This document shows positions 32,410 through 42,844 of a stretch of DNA of 64,000 nt, piece after piece. The notes under the pieces are model-generated. The model had not been told where the DNA came from. It was given only the letters and a program-made list of their open reading frames with translations, and did no database searches. This DNA comes from an uncultured Candidatus Entotheonella sp. (GTDB lineage: Bacteria > Tectomicrobia > Entotheonellia > Entotheonellales > Entotheonellaceae), in assembly GCA_965215335.1 (NCBI GenBank), contig CBDCDA010000001.1, forward strand, positions 288,001 to 352,000. Reading direction: 5' to 3'. Position 1 is the stretch's first letter. Every line of letters starts with the position of its first letter. A program made the translations under genes and the position numbers.

Positions 32410-32701
32410 CAACCTGCGGCCTGTCGGTGGGTGTGTGGCCCGCGAGTCTGTGGTCGCGACCCCGCCCTCGCGCTGTCGCGGGTGTGGGGGGGGATTTTCC
32501 GAGGACGATGGTACACCTGTTCAAAACCAAGACAGCGTTAAGCCAGGGCTGGGTGTCAACACAATGGGCGGGCGAATAACAAGATCATACGGGAGGCTGA
32601 CACAAGACAGGGAGAAAGGCATCGGCAACGAAGGGTGAAACGTTTGCTGGATTGACTCTCTAGTTAGAGGTTAGAAGGCTCCACTAAGCGAGGGTGGCAC
32701 G

Positions 32702-32908
32702 GTGAAAGCATCGGCTCTGCGTGAGCTTACCGAAGAAGAGCTTGGCCAGAAATACAAAGAGTTGACCGAAGAGCTGTTTAATCTTCGCTTCCAGCTGGCG
32801 ACAAGCCAAATCGAAAACGTTGGCCGTATACGGGTCGTGCGGCGAGACATCGCCCGCGTGAAGACCATTCAGCGTGAGCGCCAATTATCGCCTCCAAAGC
32901 AAGGTTAG
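32702..32908 (+). CDS. rpmC: 50S ribosomal protein L29
   Basis: [17 protein letters not shown]. Confidence 0.97.
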   Translation: MKASALRELTEEELGQKYKELTEELFNLRFQLATSQIENVGRIRVVRRDIARVKTIQRERQLSPPKQG

Positions 32909-32921
32909 AGGAACATCCGAC

Positions 32922-33212
32922 ATGGTAGAGCACAAAAGAAAAACCCTGATCGGGGAAGTGATGAGTGATCGCATGCATAAAACCATTACGGTCAGGGTCC
33001 AGCGGCGGGTTCGCCACCCAGTATACGAACGGGTTATCAAACGTAGTAAGAAATATCATGCTCATGATGAACGGAATCAATGCCGGATAGGTGACGTGGT
33101 GCGGATTGTCGAGACGCGCCCGCTTAGTCGGACGAAACGCTGGCGTTTACAAGAAATCGTGCGTCGTCGTATAGGAATCGCGTCGGGATCGGGCGCCGTG
33201 TCTGAGGAATAG
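32922..33212 (+). CDS. rpsQ: 30S ribosomal protein S17
   Basis: [27 protein letters not shown]. Confidence 0.98.
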   Translation: MVEHKRKTLIGEVMSDRMHKTITVRVQRRVRHPVYERVIKRSKKYHAHDERNQCRIGDVVRIVETRPLSRTKRWRLQEIVRRRIGIASGSGAVSEE

Positions 33213-33217
33213 AACGG

Positions 33218-33586
33218 ATGATACAGCAAGAAACAGTTCTCAATGTGGCTGACAATTCCGGTGCCCGCAAGGTGAAGTGTTTCCATGTGCTTGGAGGGAC
33301 AAGGAGACGTTACGCGCACGTGGGAGATGTGGTCGTCGTTTCCGTTAAGGAAGCCCTGCCCAACTCGGCCGTTAAAAAGGGTGATGTACGTCGAGCGGTG
33401 GTAGTACGCACAAGGAAAGAGATTCGTAGAGTCGATGGGACCTACATCCGTTTTGACGACAATGCGGCAGTCATCATAAATGATGCGGGAGAACCTATTG
33501 GGACGCGCATTTTTGGACCCGTGCCGCGTGAGCTGCGCGCCAAAGGCTACATGAAAATCATCTCTTTGGCGCCGGAAGTACTTTGA
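33218..33586 (+). CDS. rplN: 50S ribosomal protein L14
   Basis: [19 protein letters not shown]. Confidence 0.99.
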   Translation: MIQQETVLNVADNSGARKVKCFHVLGGTRRRYAHVGDVVVVSVKEALPNSAVKKGDVRRAVVVRTRKEIRRVDGTYIRFDDNAAVIINDAGEPIGTRIFGPVPRELRAKGYMKIISLAPEVL

Positions 33587-33608
33587 CGGCACAGTGAGGG
33601 GGCAGGGT

Positions 33609-33959
33609 ATGGCGGGGACAAAACGTGTTGTTTCCCAAGGACGGGGGCATGTCAGGAAAGACGATATTGTCAAAGTAGTCGCAGGAAAAGACCGTGGCAA
33701 ACAGGGTAAGGTTTTGCGTGTTTTTCCCAAGGAAGGGCGTCTGACTGTAGAGCGTGTAAACATGATAAAGCGTCATACTCGTCCAACTCGCCAGACGCAG
33801 CAAGGCGGCATTATTGAGCGTGAAGGCAAACTGCACATCTCCAATGTAATGCTTCTATGCAGCCGATGCAGCCGTGGCGTCCGGGTGGGTCACCGATTCC
33901 TTGAGGACGGCAAGAAGGTGCGAATTTGTCGTACGTGCAGCGAAGTTCTTGACAAGTAG
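33609..33959 (+). CDS. rplX: 50S ribosomal protein L24
   Basis: VVAGKDRGKQGKV, HISNV. Confidence 0.98.
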   Translation: MAGTKRVVSQGRGHVRKDDIVKVVAGKDRGKQGKVLRVFPKEGRLTVERVNMIKRHTRPTRQTQQGGIIEREGKLHISNVMLLCSRCSRGVRVGHRFLEDGKKVRICRTCSEVLDK

Positions 33960-33983
33960 TGAAATCGAGAAGAGAGGTTGCAA

Positions 33984-34532
33984 ATGGCTTATATGTCGCG
34001 GATACGTCAGTATTATCTTGATGAAGTTGTGCCTGCGTTACAGCAACGATTTGGCTATCGCAATATCATGGAAGTTCCAAGGCTCAATAAAATCGTGTTG
34101 AATATGGGGCTTGGCGAGGCAATCCAAAATGCAAAGCTGCTCGACGGTGGAATGGAACAGCTTGCAATTATCTCTGGACAAAAACCCGTCATCACCAAAG
34201 CACGGAAATCGATCGCTGCGTATAAGTTGCGTGAGGGCATGTCCATAGGTGTGAAAGTAACGCTACGGCGAGACCGAATGTATGATTTTTTTGATCGCTT
34301 GGTCAACGTCGCACTGCCCCGCGTGCGCGACTTCCGCGGCGTTACTGCTAATGCTTTTGACGGTCGTGGCAACTACACGCTGGGAGTCGAAGAACAAGTG
34401 ATCTTCCCGGAGATTGACTATGATAAGATTGAGAAGATCAAGGGTATCGCCGTTACAATGGTTAGCTCGGCTCGGACCGATGTGGAAGGTCGTGAGCTCC
34501 TTCGATTACTCGGGATGCCTTTCCGAACTTAA
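33984..34532 (+). CDS. rplE: 50S ribosomal protein L5
   Basis: [25 protein letters not shown]. Confidence 0.99.
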   Translation: MAYMSRIRQYYLDEVVPALQQRFGYRNIMEVPRLNKIVLNMGLGEAIQNAKLLDGGMEQLAIISGQKPVITKARKSIAAYKLREGMSIGVKVTLRRDRMYDFFDRLVNVALPRVRDFRGVTANAFDGRGNYTLGVEEQVIFPEIDYDKIEKIKGIAVTMVSSARTDVEGRELLRLLGMPFRT

Positions 34533-34562
34533 AGGTCCGGCAATCAGAAACAAGAGGTGGGC

Positions 34563-34748
34563 ATGGCCAAGAAAGCACTGATTAACAAAGCAAACAGGGC
34601 ACCGAAGTTCAAAGTACGACAATACTCACGTTGTCGTCTGTGTGGTAGGTCCCGTGGGTACTTGCGCAAGTTTGCCCTGTGCCGGATTCACTTTCGTGAT
34701 CTGGCCTTACGGGGTGAGATTCCTGGGGTTGTAAAATCCAGCTGGTAA
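34563..34748 (+). CDS. rpsN: 30S ribosomal protein S14 (short, Zn-type)
   Basis: MAKKA...[10 protein letters not shown]...LCRIHFR...[11 protein letters not shown]. Confidence 0.97.
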   Translation: MAKKALINKANRAPKFKVRQYSRCRLCGRSRGYLRKFALCRIHFRDLALRGEIPGVVKSSW

Positions 34749-34787
34749 TGTGTTCTTTCAAGCTGATTGGTTGGAGTGGCCTGTCAT

Positions 34788-35186
34788 ATGATGAGTGATC
34801 CTATTGCTGACATGTTGACGCGGATGCGCAATGCCATAGCAGTGCAGCACGAGCGGGTCCTTATGCCGTCATCCCGGATGAAATTGGCGATCGCACGGCT
34901 TCTGAAACAGGAAGGTTATATCCAAGATTGCAGCATGCAGGAGCAGTTGCATCCGCAGGGTCTTTTGGAGGTCGTACTCAAGTACGATTCAACGAGCAGA
35001 AGCGTTATTCACGGTTTAAGGAAAATAAGCACGCCGGGGAAACGTCGTTATGTTTCATGCAAGGCAATGCCGAAGGTCTTGGAGGGTGCTGGTATTGCCA
35101 TTATCTCAACATCCCGAGGGCTTTTGACTGACCGTCAGTGCATTGCGGAAAATGTGGGCGGTGAAGTTGTTTGCTTCGTTTGGTAG
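34788..35186 (+). CDS. rpsH: 30S ribosomal protein S8
   Basis: DPIADMLTRMRNA, ISTSRG, VGGEV. Confidence 0.98.
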   Translation: MMSDPIADMLTRMRNAIAVQHERVLMPSSRMKLAIARLLKQEGYIQDCSMQEQLHPQGLLEVVLKYDSTSRSVIHGLRKISTPGKRRYVSCKAMPKVLEGAGIAIISTSRGLLTDRQCIAENVGGEVVCFVW

Positions 35187-35207
35187 CGGGTCAAAGGGGT
35201 TGATACG

Positions 35208-35738
35208 ATGTCACGGATAGGCCGGATGCCCGTAGTTGTTCCTCCGGGTGTAAAGGTGCAACTTGGTGAAGACAATTTTGTGAAAGTCAACGGGCCCAAA
35301 GGGACCTTGACCCGCATGCTGCACCCACGCATCGTGCTTCGTCAAGAGGGTGACAAGATCACGGTGTCGCGGCAAAGCGATGCCAAACTGGATAAATCCC
35401 TGCATGGTCTTAGTCGGACATTGCTGGACAATATGATGGTGGGCGTAACAACCGGATTTGAAAAACAACTGGAGATCGTGTGGGGTGGATTTCGGGCACA
35501 GTTGCAGGACCGTACTTTGACGTTGCAGTTGGGGCATTCCCACCCGGTCATCTATGAAGCCCCCGAAGGGATCGAATTTGAATTGAACCGGTCTCTTGTT
35601 ACGGTCCGGGGAATCAACAAGGAACTGGTGGGTCAGACGGCAGCCAATATACGCGCCATACGAAAGCCGGAACCCTATAAAGGAAAGGGAATCAGATACA
35701 CCACGGAAATTATCCGTCGCAAGGAGGGTAAATCATAG
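35208..35738 (+). CDS. rplF: 50S ribosomal protein L6
   Basis: [17 protein letters not shown]. Confidence 0.98.
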   Translation: MSRIGRMPVVVPPGVKVQLGEDNFVKVNGPKGTLTRMLHPRIVLRQEGDKITVSRQSDAKLDKSLHGLSRTLLDNMMVGVTTGFEKQLEIVWGGFRAQLQDRTLTLQLGHSHPVIYEAPEGIEFELNRSLVTVRGINKELVGQTAANIRAIRKPEPYKGKGIRYTTEIIRRKEGKS

Positions 35739-35742
35739 GATC

Positions 35743-36111
35743 ATGGGTAATCTGGGAAAGGGATCGCGGACACGGGAGCGGCGGAGAAGACGGGTACGGA
35801 CCAAAGTTCGAGGGACACCACAAAGGCCACGTCTTTCGGTATTTCGCAGCGCAAGGCATGTTTACGCGCAAATCATAGATGATGCGTCAAATCGTGTTCT
35901 GGCTTCTGCGTCGAGCGTGACCGGAGAGTTTCGCGCTACAGGCGTGAAGGGTGGTAATGTTTTGGGAGCTGCCCTGGTTGGCGAAATGGTTGCGGGGAAA
36001 GCCAAGGAGCAGGGCATCCAGCGCGTCGTGTTCGACCGTAACGGTTTTTTCTATCACGGGCGCGTGAAAGCTGTTGCGACGGCAGCGCGTGAAAACGGCT
36101 TGGAATTTTAG
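35743..36111 (+). CDS. rplR: 50S ribosomal protein L18
   Basis: [23 protein letters not shown]. Confidence 0.98.
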   Translation: MGNLGKGSRTRERRRRRVRTKVRGTPQRPRLSVFRSARHVYAQIIDDASNRVLASASSVTGEFRATGVKGGNVLGAALVGEMVAGKAKEQGIQRVVFDRNGFFYHGRVKAVATAARENGLEF

Positions 36112-36148
36112 CCATAGGACGTGAAATTTCAGGGGCGAAGGAGAGTGG

Positions 36149-36652
36149 GTGGTCGAAGCGGGTGCCGAGCAAACCGAATACAGCGATAAAATTGTGCATG
36201 TGAATCGGGTAGCAAAAGTCGTGAAGGGTGGCAGGCGCTTCAGTTTCAGCGCTCTCGTCGTGGTAGGCAATCACGCCGGCCGGGTTGGCATCGGGCTTGG
36301 CAAGGCGAATGAGGTGCCGGAAGCCATTCGGAAAGCCGTAGACAAAGCCAAAAAGAATCTATATGCCGTCCCATTAGCCGGCACAACCATCCCACACAGT
36401 GTTTTGGGTCACTATGGGGCAGGTCGTGTTTTACTCAAGCCTGCCGCTCGTGGCACTGGAATTACGGCGGGCGGCCCTGTTCGTGCCGTTCTGGAGGCTG
36501 TTGGGGTAGGTGACGTTCTCACCAAATCCCTCGGGACCAACAATCCGCACAACGTCGTCAAGGCTACGATGGAAGGGCTGCTGCGGTTACGGAGCAGTCG
36601 CGAGATTGCCCGGGTGCGTAATATTGAGCACGAAAAGATACGAATTCGGTAA
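36149..36652 (+). CDS. rpsE: 30S ribosomal protein S5
   Basis: [15 protein letters not shown]. Confidence 0.98.
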   Translation: MVEAGAEQTEYSDKIVHVNRVAKVVKGGRRFSFSALVVVGNHAGRVGIGLGKANEVPEAIRKAVDKAKKNLYAVPLAGTTIPHSVLGHYGAGRVLLKPAARGTGITAGGPVRAVLEAVGVGDVLTKSLGTNNPHNVVKATMEGLLRLRSSREIARVRNIEHEKIRIR

Positions 36653-36663
36653 AGGTCCTGATA

Positions 36664-36849
36664 ATGGCAAGCAGCAAGAAAATCGCGGTACGCTTGACGC
36701 GAAGTGCAATTGGACGGCCCGAAAAACAGCGGGCCGTGTTGCGCGGGATGGGATTGACCAGGTTGCATAAGGTGGTCGAATTGCCGGATACGCCGCAGAC
36801 GCAAGGCATGCTGGACAAAGTGAGGCATTTGATCCGTATTGAGTCATGA
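36664..36849 (+). CDS. rpmD: 50S ribosomal protein L30
   Basis: LTRSAIG, DTPQTQGM, VRHL. Confidence 0.96.
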   Translation: MASSKKIAVRLTRSAIGRPEKQRAVLRGMGLTRLHKVVELPDTPQTQGMLDKVRHLIRIES

Positions 36850-36881
36850 CAGGGCGCAATACGAATTTTCCCGGAGACAAT

Positions 36882-37331
36882 ATGGCGACACTCAGTTCTC
36901 TCCATCCCCCAGTCGGCGCCCGCAGGGCGCCTAAACGTGTAGGCCGTGGCCCTGGTTCGGGTCATGGCAAGACGGCTTCGCGCGGGCACAAAGGGTTGAA
37001 AGCACGCTCTGGTGGCGGTCGCGGGGCCAGATTCGAAGGTGGCCAGATGCCTTTGCAGAGGCGCCTCCCAAAACGGGGTTTCACCAATATCTTCAGGGTC
37101 GAATACCAGATTGTCAACGTGGGCGAGCTAAACGCCTTTGAGAGTCAAACTGTGGTAACGCCTTCAGTGCTGCAGGAGTCCGGGAAGATCAGATCCTTGA
37201 AGAAGCCGATCAAGATATTAGGAGAGGGCGATCTTTCGGTGCCCTTGACCATAAAGGCGGACAAGTTCAGTCGAGCTGCCAGGCAAAAGATCATGAACGC
37301 CGGTGGAAATGTGGAGGAGGGGCCTGCGTGA
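36882..37331 (+). CDS. rplO: 50S ribosomal protein L15
   Basis: RVGRGPGSGHGKT, FEGGQMPL. Confidence 0.98.
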   Translation: MATLSSLHPPVGARRAPKRVGRGPGSGHGKTASRGHKGLKARSGGGRGARFEGGQMPLQRRLPKRGFTNIFRVEYQIVNVGELNAFESQTVVTPSVLQESGKIRSLKKPIKILGEGDLSVPLTIKADKFSRAARQKIMNAGGNVEEGPA

Positions 37332-38644
37332 TCGACGGGGTTCAAAACGTATTCAAGATTCCAGAACTGAGAAAACGGATCCTCTACACTTTTGGATTGC
37401 TGGCGGTTTATCGTGTGGGAGCCTTCATACCAACGCCAGGTATCGACGGTCAGGCTTTGACCCGATATTTCGAAAGCATGCAGGGCACCATCCTGGGATT
37501 CTTCAACATGTTTTCAGGTGGTGCCCTGCAACAGATGGCAGTGTTTGCACTAGGCATCATGCCCTACATTAGTGCATCTATCATTCTTGAATTGCTTACC
37601 GTCGTTGTGCCTCACCTTGAGAGGCTGAAGAAGGAGGGCGAGCAAGGGCGCAAGAAGATCAGTCAGTACACCCGCTATGGCACTGTGGTACTTAGCTTGA
37701 TCCAGGGCTTGGGTATTTCCATCGGCCTTGAAAATATGGAAGTCGGCGGGGCATCCGTCGTACCGGCTGCTGGATGGGGATTCAGGGCGATGACCATGCT
37801 GACGTTAACCGCAGGTACGACATTCCTCATGTGGTTAGGCGAACAGATAACGGAGCGTGGCATTGGCAATGGCATATCGCTTCTGATTTTTGCCGGGATT
37901 GTTGCCGGAATGCCCTCCGCCGCAGGCTCTACCTGGACGCAATTGCGTTTGGGAGAGATGAGTCCTTTTCTCTTCCTGCTTCTCCTCATCGTGATGGTTG
38001 CCGTGGTGGCCGCAATCGTTTTTATGGAAGCGGGTCATCGCAAGATTCCAATCCAGTACGCGAAGCGTGTGGTCGGACGGCGCGTATATGGCGGGCAGAA
38101 TACCCATTTGCCCCTGAAAATCAACACTTCGGGTGTCATCCCACCGATTTTTGCCTCTTCTATCATGGTTTTCCCGGCGACGATTGCCCAGTTTGCCGGC
38201 GGTCAGAACGCCGGTGGCATATTGGACACGGTTGTTCAACAACTCTCGCCGGGGACCCTGCTTTACTCTGTCCTGACCGTGGTTCTGATCATATTTTTCG
38301 CCTATTTTTATACGGCCATCATTTTCAACCCTGCTGATGTCGCCGACAACATGCGGAAATATGGAGGATATGTCCCGGGTATCCGACCCGGCAAGAGGAC
38401 AGCGGAGTTTATTGACCGCACGTTATCGCGGCTAACCTTGGCGGGTGCACTTTATTTGTCCTGCATCGTCATTCTTCCCACATACTTGGTGCTGTTTCTT
38501 CGCGTGCCATTTTTTTTCGGCGGCACGGGGCTCCTCATCGTGGTTGGCGTGGCGATGGACACCATGCAGCAGGTGGAATCCCATTTGGTCATGCGTCATT
38601 ACGATACATTTATGAAAAAAGGGCGACTGAAAGGTCGTCGGTAG
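37328..38644 (+). CDS. secY: Preprotein translocase subunit SecY
   Basis: FALGIMPYISASII, WLGEQITERGIGNGISL. Confidence 0.99.
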   Translation: MIDGVQNVFKIPELRKRILYTFGLLAVYRVGAFIPTPGIDGQALTRYFESMQGTILGFFNMFSGGALQQMAVFALGIMPYISASIILELLTVVVPHLERLKKEGEQGRKKISQYTRYGTVVLSLIQGLGISIGLENMEVGGASVVPAAGWGFRAMTMLTLTAGTTFLMWLGEQITERGIGNGISLLIFAGIVAGMPSAAGSTWTQLRLGEMSPFLFLLLLIVMVAVVAAIVFMEAGHRKIPIQYAKRVVGRRVYGGQNTHLPLKINTSGVIPPIFASSIMVFPATIAQFAGGQNAGGILDTVVQQLSPGTLLYSVLTVVLIIFFAYFYTAIIFNPADVADNMRKYGGYVPGIRPGKRTAEFIDRTLSRLTLAGALYLSCIVILPTYLVLFLRVPFFFGGTGLLIVVGVAMDTMQQVESHLVMRHYDTFMKKGRLKGRR

Positions 38645-38684
38645 AATCGTATAACAACAACGCTGTATTTACAATTACGAGATC

Positions 38685-39434
38685 ATGATCACCTATCGGT
38701 CACCACGCGAGATTGAAAGGATTAGGGAAAGCTGCCGATTGGTGGCGGAAACGCTGCAGCGCTTGCAGACAATGATTGAACCTGGAAGAACAACAGACGA
38801 ACTTGATCGCACTGCCGAGGCTTTTATTCGCAAACAGGGAGGGCTTCCGGCGTTTAAGGGTTATCGAGGATTTCCGGCAACATTGTGTACTTCGATCAAT
38901 TCCGAGGTGGTCCATGGCATCCCATCCAAGAAGCGGAAACTGAAAGAGGGTGATATTATCGGGGTTGACTGTGGTGCAATTGTCGATGGTTATTATGGAG
39001 ACCATGCTATTACTTTCCCTGTTGGTGCTATCGATCGAGATTTACAGTCTCTCATTGAGGACACCCGCAGTGCTCTGAACGCAGGAATCACTCAGGCTCG
39101 AATCGGTAATTATCTGTCAGATATTTCGCATACGATTCAGACTTTCGCTGAGCAGCGAGGTTATGGGGTGGTAAAGGATTTTGTTGGACATGGTATTGGT
39201 ACGGAGTTGCATGAGGAGCCACAGGTTCCCAACTTCGGTCCCCCGAGGCGCGGACCACGTTTACGTGAAGGTATGGTGTTGGCGCTGGAGCCCATGCTGA
39301 ATCTGGGAACTTGCGACGTGCATATCCTGAAGGATAATTGGACGGTCGTTACCGACGACGGCTTGCCGTCGGCTCATTTTGAGCACACCGTTACGGTAGC
39401 TGAAGGGGGCGGCGTCATCCTCAGTCAGCTTTGA
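38685..39434 (+). CDS. map: Methionine aminopeptidase type I
   Basis: EVVHGIP, GHGIG, HEEP, ALEPM, SAHFEHT. Confidence 0.98.
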   Translation: MITYRSPREIERIRESCRLVAETLQRLQTMIEPGRTTDELDRTAEAFIRKQGGLPAFKGYRGFPATLCTSINSEVVHGIPSKKRKLKEGDIIGVDCGAIVDGYYGDHAITFPVGAIDRDLQSLIEDTRSALNAGITQARIGNYLSDISHTIQTFAEQRGYGVVKDFVGHGIGTELHEEPQVPNFGPPRRGPRLREGMVLALEPMLNLGTCDVHILKDNWTVVTDDGLPSAHFEHTVTVAEGGGVILSQL

Positions 39435-39464
39435 TAAGCGGCCCTATCACGATATCTGGAGATT

Positions 39465-39683
39465 ATGGAAAAGGAAGAAACGATAGCTGTCGAAGGTACG
39501 GTGGTCGAGCCTTTACCTAATGCCATGTTTAAGGTGGAGCTTGATAACAAACACGTGGTCTTGGCACATATTTCAGGCCGAATGCGGATGCATTTCATCC
39601 GTATTCTTCCCGGAGATAAGGTGAAATTGGAGTTGTCGCCCTATGACCTGACTCGGGGGCGAATTGTTTATCGCTTCAAGTGA
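39465..39683 (+). CDS. infA: Translation initiation factor IF-1
   Basis: [16 protein letters not shown]. Confidence 0.98.
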   Translation: MEKEETIAVEGTVVEPLPNAMFKVELDNKHVVLAHISGRMRMHFIRILPGDKVKLELSPYDLTRGRIVYRFK

Positions 39684-39751
39684 TGTCAAGTGATGTTTAC
39701 CGTCGTGTTCAGGTAAAACCCCGAGGCAGAAGCTGCTGTGAGGGCAACAAC

Positions 39752-39865
39752 ATGAAAGTTCGTGCTGCGGTGAAGCCGATCTGTGCAAAGTGCAAGGTCA
39801 TTCGTCGTAAGGGTATTGTGCGGGTTCTTTGTGAAAACTCGCGCCATAAGCAACGACAAGGCTAG
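39752..39865 (+). CDS. rpmJ: 50S ribosomal protein L36
   Basis: [14 protein letters not shown]...HKQRQG. Confidence 0.98.
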   Translation: MKVRAAVKPICAKCKVIRRKGIVRVLCENSRHKQRQG

Positions 39866-39885
39866 ACATGAGGGAGAAGTAGAAG

Positions 39886-40257
39886 ATGGCTCGCATAGCT
39901 GGAGCTGACATTCCAAACGAAAAACGAGTCGAAGTCGCTTTGAGGTACATATATGGTATTGGGCCCACCTCTGCGAAGAAGATATTGCAAGCCACAGCAG
40001 TTGATCCCGACACACGTGTGAAGGCACTGACTGAGAGCGATATTACCCGTCTCCGTGAGGCAATCGAGGAGCAGTATTCCGTGGAAGGCGACCTGCGTCG
40101 GGAAGTGGCAATGAATATCAAGCGACTAATGGACGTGGGAGCTTATCGTGGCTTAAGGCACCGGCGCGGATTGCCGGTGCGAGGCCAGCGAACCCGGACC
40201 AATTCTCGCACGCGTAAAGGTCCGCGGCGCACGATTGGCCGCAAGAGTAAGAAATAA
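39886..40257 (+). CDS. rpsM: 30S ribosomal protein S13
   Basis: [17 protein letters not shown]. Confidence 0.99.
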   Translation: MARIAGADIPNEKRVEVALRYIYGIGPTSAKKILQATAVDPDTRVKALTESDITRLREAIEEQYSVEGDLRREVAMNIKRLMDVGAYRGLRHRRGLPVRGQRTRTNSRTRKGPRRTIGRKSKK

Positions 40258-40271
40258 AGGGTGTATTCTAC

Positions 40272-40667
40272 ATGGCAGAGTCAAGACGCAAAGAAGGGAA
40301 ACGCCGCCGTGAACGGCGTACGGTCGCAGAAGGTGTGGTGCATATTAAATCGACCTTCAACAACACGATCATTACCATAACCGATGTCGGGGGCAACGCG
40401 TTGGCTTGGGCCAGCGCAGGCGGGCAGGGTTTCCGGGGCTCGCGCAAGAGCACACCTTTTGCTGCTCAAACTGCCGCCGAGCAAGCCGCTCGAAAAGTGA
40501 TTGATCAAGGCATGAGAAAAGTTGATGTGTTGGTTAAAGGACCTGGTTCGGGACGAGAAGCTGCTGTTCGTGCACTGCAAGCAGCCGGTCTTGAGGTGAG
40601 TGTTATTCGCGATGTGACGCCGATACCGCACAATGGCCCGCGTCCCCCGAAAAGACGGCGCGTCTAA
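40272..40667 (+). CDS. rpsK: 30S ribosomal protein S11
   Basis: [16 protein letters not shown]. Confidence 0.99.
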   Translation: MAESRRKEGKRRRERRTVAEGVVHIKSTFNNTIITITDVGGNALAWASAGGQGFRGSRKSTPFAAQTAAEQAARKVIDQGMRKVDVLVKGPGSGREAAVRALQAAGLEVSVIRDVTPIPHNGPRPPKRRRV

Positions 40668-40695
40668 GTTTAAAAAGAGGGAGGTTGGAACAAAC

Positions 40696-41322
40696 GTGGC
40701 AAGATACACGGATGCTGTCTGCCGGTTGTGTCGTCGGGAAAATATGAAACTTTATCTCAAGGGTGACCGCTGTTTGAGTGACAAGTGTGCCATTAACAGG
40801 CGTAACTATGTACCGGGTCAACATGGACAGAGGAGGACAAAACTTTCGGAATACGGCTTGCAGTTGCGTGAAAAGCAAAAGGTCAAACGAACGTATGGCG
40901 TACTGGAATCTCAGTTCAGACGTTATTTTGCACGGGCATCACGTTCGAAGGAAGTAACGGGTTCAGAGCTTCTGATACTTTTGGAGCGTCGATTGGATAA
41001 TGTCCTCTATGTCATGGGCTTTGCTGATTCTCGCGCCCAAGCAAGGCAGCTTGTCCGTCACGGCCACTTCCGCGTCAATGGTCGCAAAACGAACATTCCG
41101 TCGTTTCTCGTCAAACAGGGTGACGTTGTTGAACCTCGGGAAAAGAGTCGGGAGTTAGAAGTACTGCGCAGCGGGATGCAACGTCACGACCAAAGACAGA
41201 TTCCTGAGTGGGTCCATGTGGATGTGGAGAATATGCGGGGTATGGTGCAGACGCTGCCAAAACGCGATGACATCACGTTGTCATTCCAGGAACAGCTTAT
41301 AGTTGAACTTTATTCGAAATGA
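40696..41322 (+). CDS. rpsD: 30S ribosomal protein S4
   Basis: [35 protein letters not shown]. Confidence 0.98.
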   Translation: MARYTDAVCRLCRRENMKLYLKGDRCLSDKCAINRRNYVPGQHGQRRTKLSEYGLQLREKQKVKRTYGVLESQFRRYFARASRSKEVTGSELLILLERRLDNVLYVMGFADSRAQARQLVRHGHFRVNGRKTNIPSFLVKQGDVVEPREKSRELEVLRSGMQRHDQRQIPEWVHVDVENMRGMVQTLPKRDDITLSFQEQLIVELYSK

Positions 41323-41415
41323 AGGGTTCACCTGCCACCAATACCTCGTGCAGTCGTACTCGCCTCATGTGTTTCACGCAACACGTGTCGGGAAATGTAG
41401 AAGGAGCATTGTAGC

Positions 41416-42405
41416 ATGGAGACAATGTCGATTGGCTTTCAGAAACCTAAGCGTATCGAAAGCGATCGAGATTCGCTGACCAATACATACGGGCGTTTCA
41501 CGGCCGAGCCATTTGAACGTGGTTTTGGCGTGACGATTGGTAACGCTTTGCGTCGTGTGCTGCTCTCCTCTTTAACGGGAGCCGCGGTGACCGCCCTAAA
41601 GATTCAGGGTGTGTACCACGAATTCTCGACAATACCGGGTGTCCTGGAAGACACTACGGAGATTATTCTCAACATTAAAGAATTGCTTTTGAAGATGCAT
41701 GTGGACAAGCCAAAGCAACTCTCCCTGCGAGCTACCGGGCCGGGCGAGGTGCTGGCCGATCAAATCGCCACGGATGCGGATGTCGAAATTCTGAACCCCG
41801 ATCTTCATATCGCCACCCTCAACAAGGATGCGACATTGGAAATTACAATGGATGTCCAGAGGGGGCGAGGGTATGTCCCCGCCGAGAGACATGCCGCATC
41901 AATCGTCGACCCGCAAGTCATCCCCGTGGACGCGGTTTTTTCCCCTGTCCGTCGGGTAGGTCTGCATGTAGAGAACACACGCGTTGGTTACGCAACTGAC
42001 TATGACCGGCTGATATTCGAAGTCCATACGAACGGAAGTATTTACCCGAAAGAGGCCATTGCACAAGCTGCTGCAATCCTCGATGATCATCTGAAGATCT
42101 TCGTTAATTTTCGGGAAGATACTGTCCAGGAAACCCCGGAGGTGGATGAGGTGCGGCAGAAGCTGGTCGAGAACCTCAGCCGTAGTGTTGACGAATTGGA
42201 ATTGTCAGTTCGTTCCTACAACTGCCTGAAGAACGCCAATATCAAAACCATAGCTGAACTCGTGCAGCGCAATGAGCCGGAGATGCTCAAGACCCGAAAT
42301 TTTGGCCGCAAATCTCTTAACGAAATCAAGGAGATCTTGACCAGTATGGGTTTGGGACTTGGCATGAGTCTGGACGGGACGGATTGGCCAGGAAAAACAG
42401 CCTGA
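41416..42405 (+). CDS. rpoA: RNA polymerase alpha subunit
   Basis: [33 protein letters not shown]. Confidence 0.99.
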   Translation: METMSIGFQKPKRIESDRDSLTNTYGRFTAEPFERGFGVTIGNALRRVLLSSLTGAAVTALKIQGVYHEFSTIPGVLEDTTEIILNIKELLLKMHVDKPKQLSLRATGPGEVLADQIATDADVEILNPDLHIATLNKDATLEITMDVQRGRGYVPAERHAASIVDPQVIPVDAVFSPVRRVGLHVENTRVGYATDYDRLIFEVHTNGSIYPKEAIAQAAAILDDHLKIFVNFREDTVQETPEVDEVRQKLVENLSRSVDELELSVRSYNCLKNANIKTIAELVQRNEPEMLKTRNFGRKSLNEIKEILTSMGLGLGMSLDGTDWPGKTA

Positions 42406-42433
42406 GTCGCTTCGTAGGGAAAGTGAGCAGATT

Positions 42434-42802
42434 ATGCGTCATCTGAAAAAAGGGAAAAGTCTGCATCGCCGGAGCAGTCATCGTAAGGCACTGCTTTGTA
42501 ATTTAGCAGTGGCGGTGCTCACTCACGAACGGATTCGTACGACGGAAGTAAAGGCCAAAGAGGTGCGTGGCTTGGTAGATCGGATCATTACGTGGGGCAA
42601 GCGGGGCGACTTGCACGCCCGGCGTCTGGCAGTCAGAAAGGTCCGTAGCCGGACGGTTGTCAAGAAGGTATTCGATGAATTAGGTCCACGCTATCGACAA
42701 CGGCCGGGTGGATATACGCGTATTATGAAAGCAGGCCGACGTCAAGGAGATAACGCCCCAATGGTGTTGATGGAATTAGTAGATCGTCCTTCAGAATCGT
42801 AG
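42434..42802 (+). CDS. rplQ: 50S ribosomal protein L17
   Basis: MRH, RPGGYTRI, RQGDNAPM. Confidence 0.98.
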   Translation: MRHLKKGKSLHRRSSHRKALLCNLAVAVLTHERIRTTEVKAKEVRGLVDRIITWGKRGDLHARRLAVRKVRSRTVVKKVFDELGPRYRQRPGGYTRIMKAGRRQGDNAPMVLMELVDRPSES

Positions 42803-42844
42803 ACTTAATCGGATACCAGTCGGCTTGATAGCCCCGTCGTTGAT

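Noticed and set aside
32381..32638. 85-aa ORF in the rplP-rpmC spacer
   Set aside because: It overlaps rplP, has no RBS and shows no protein-like features.
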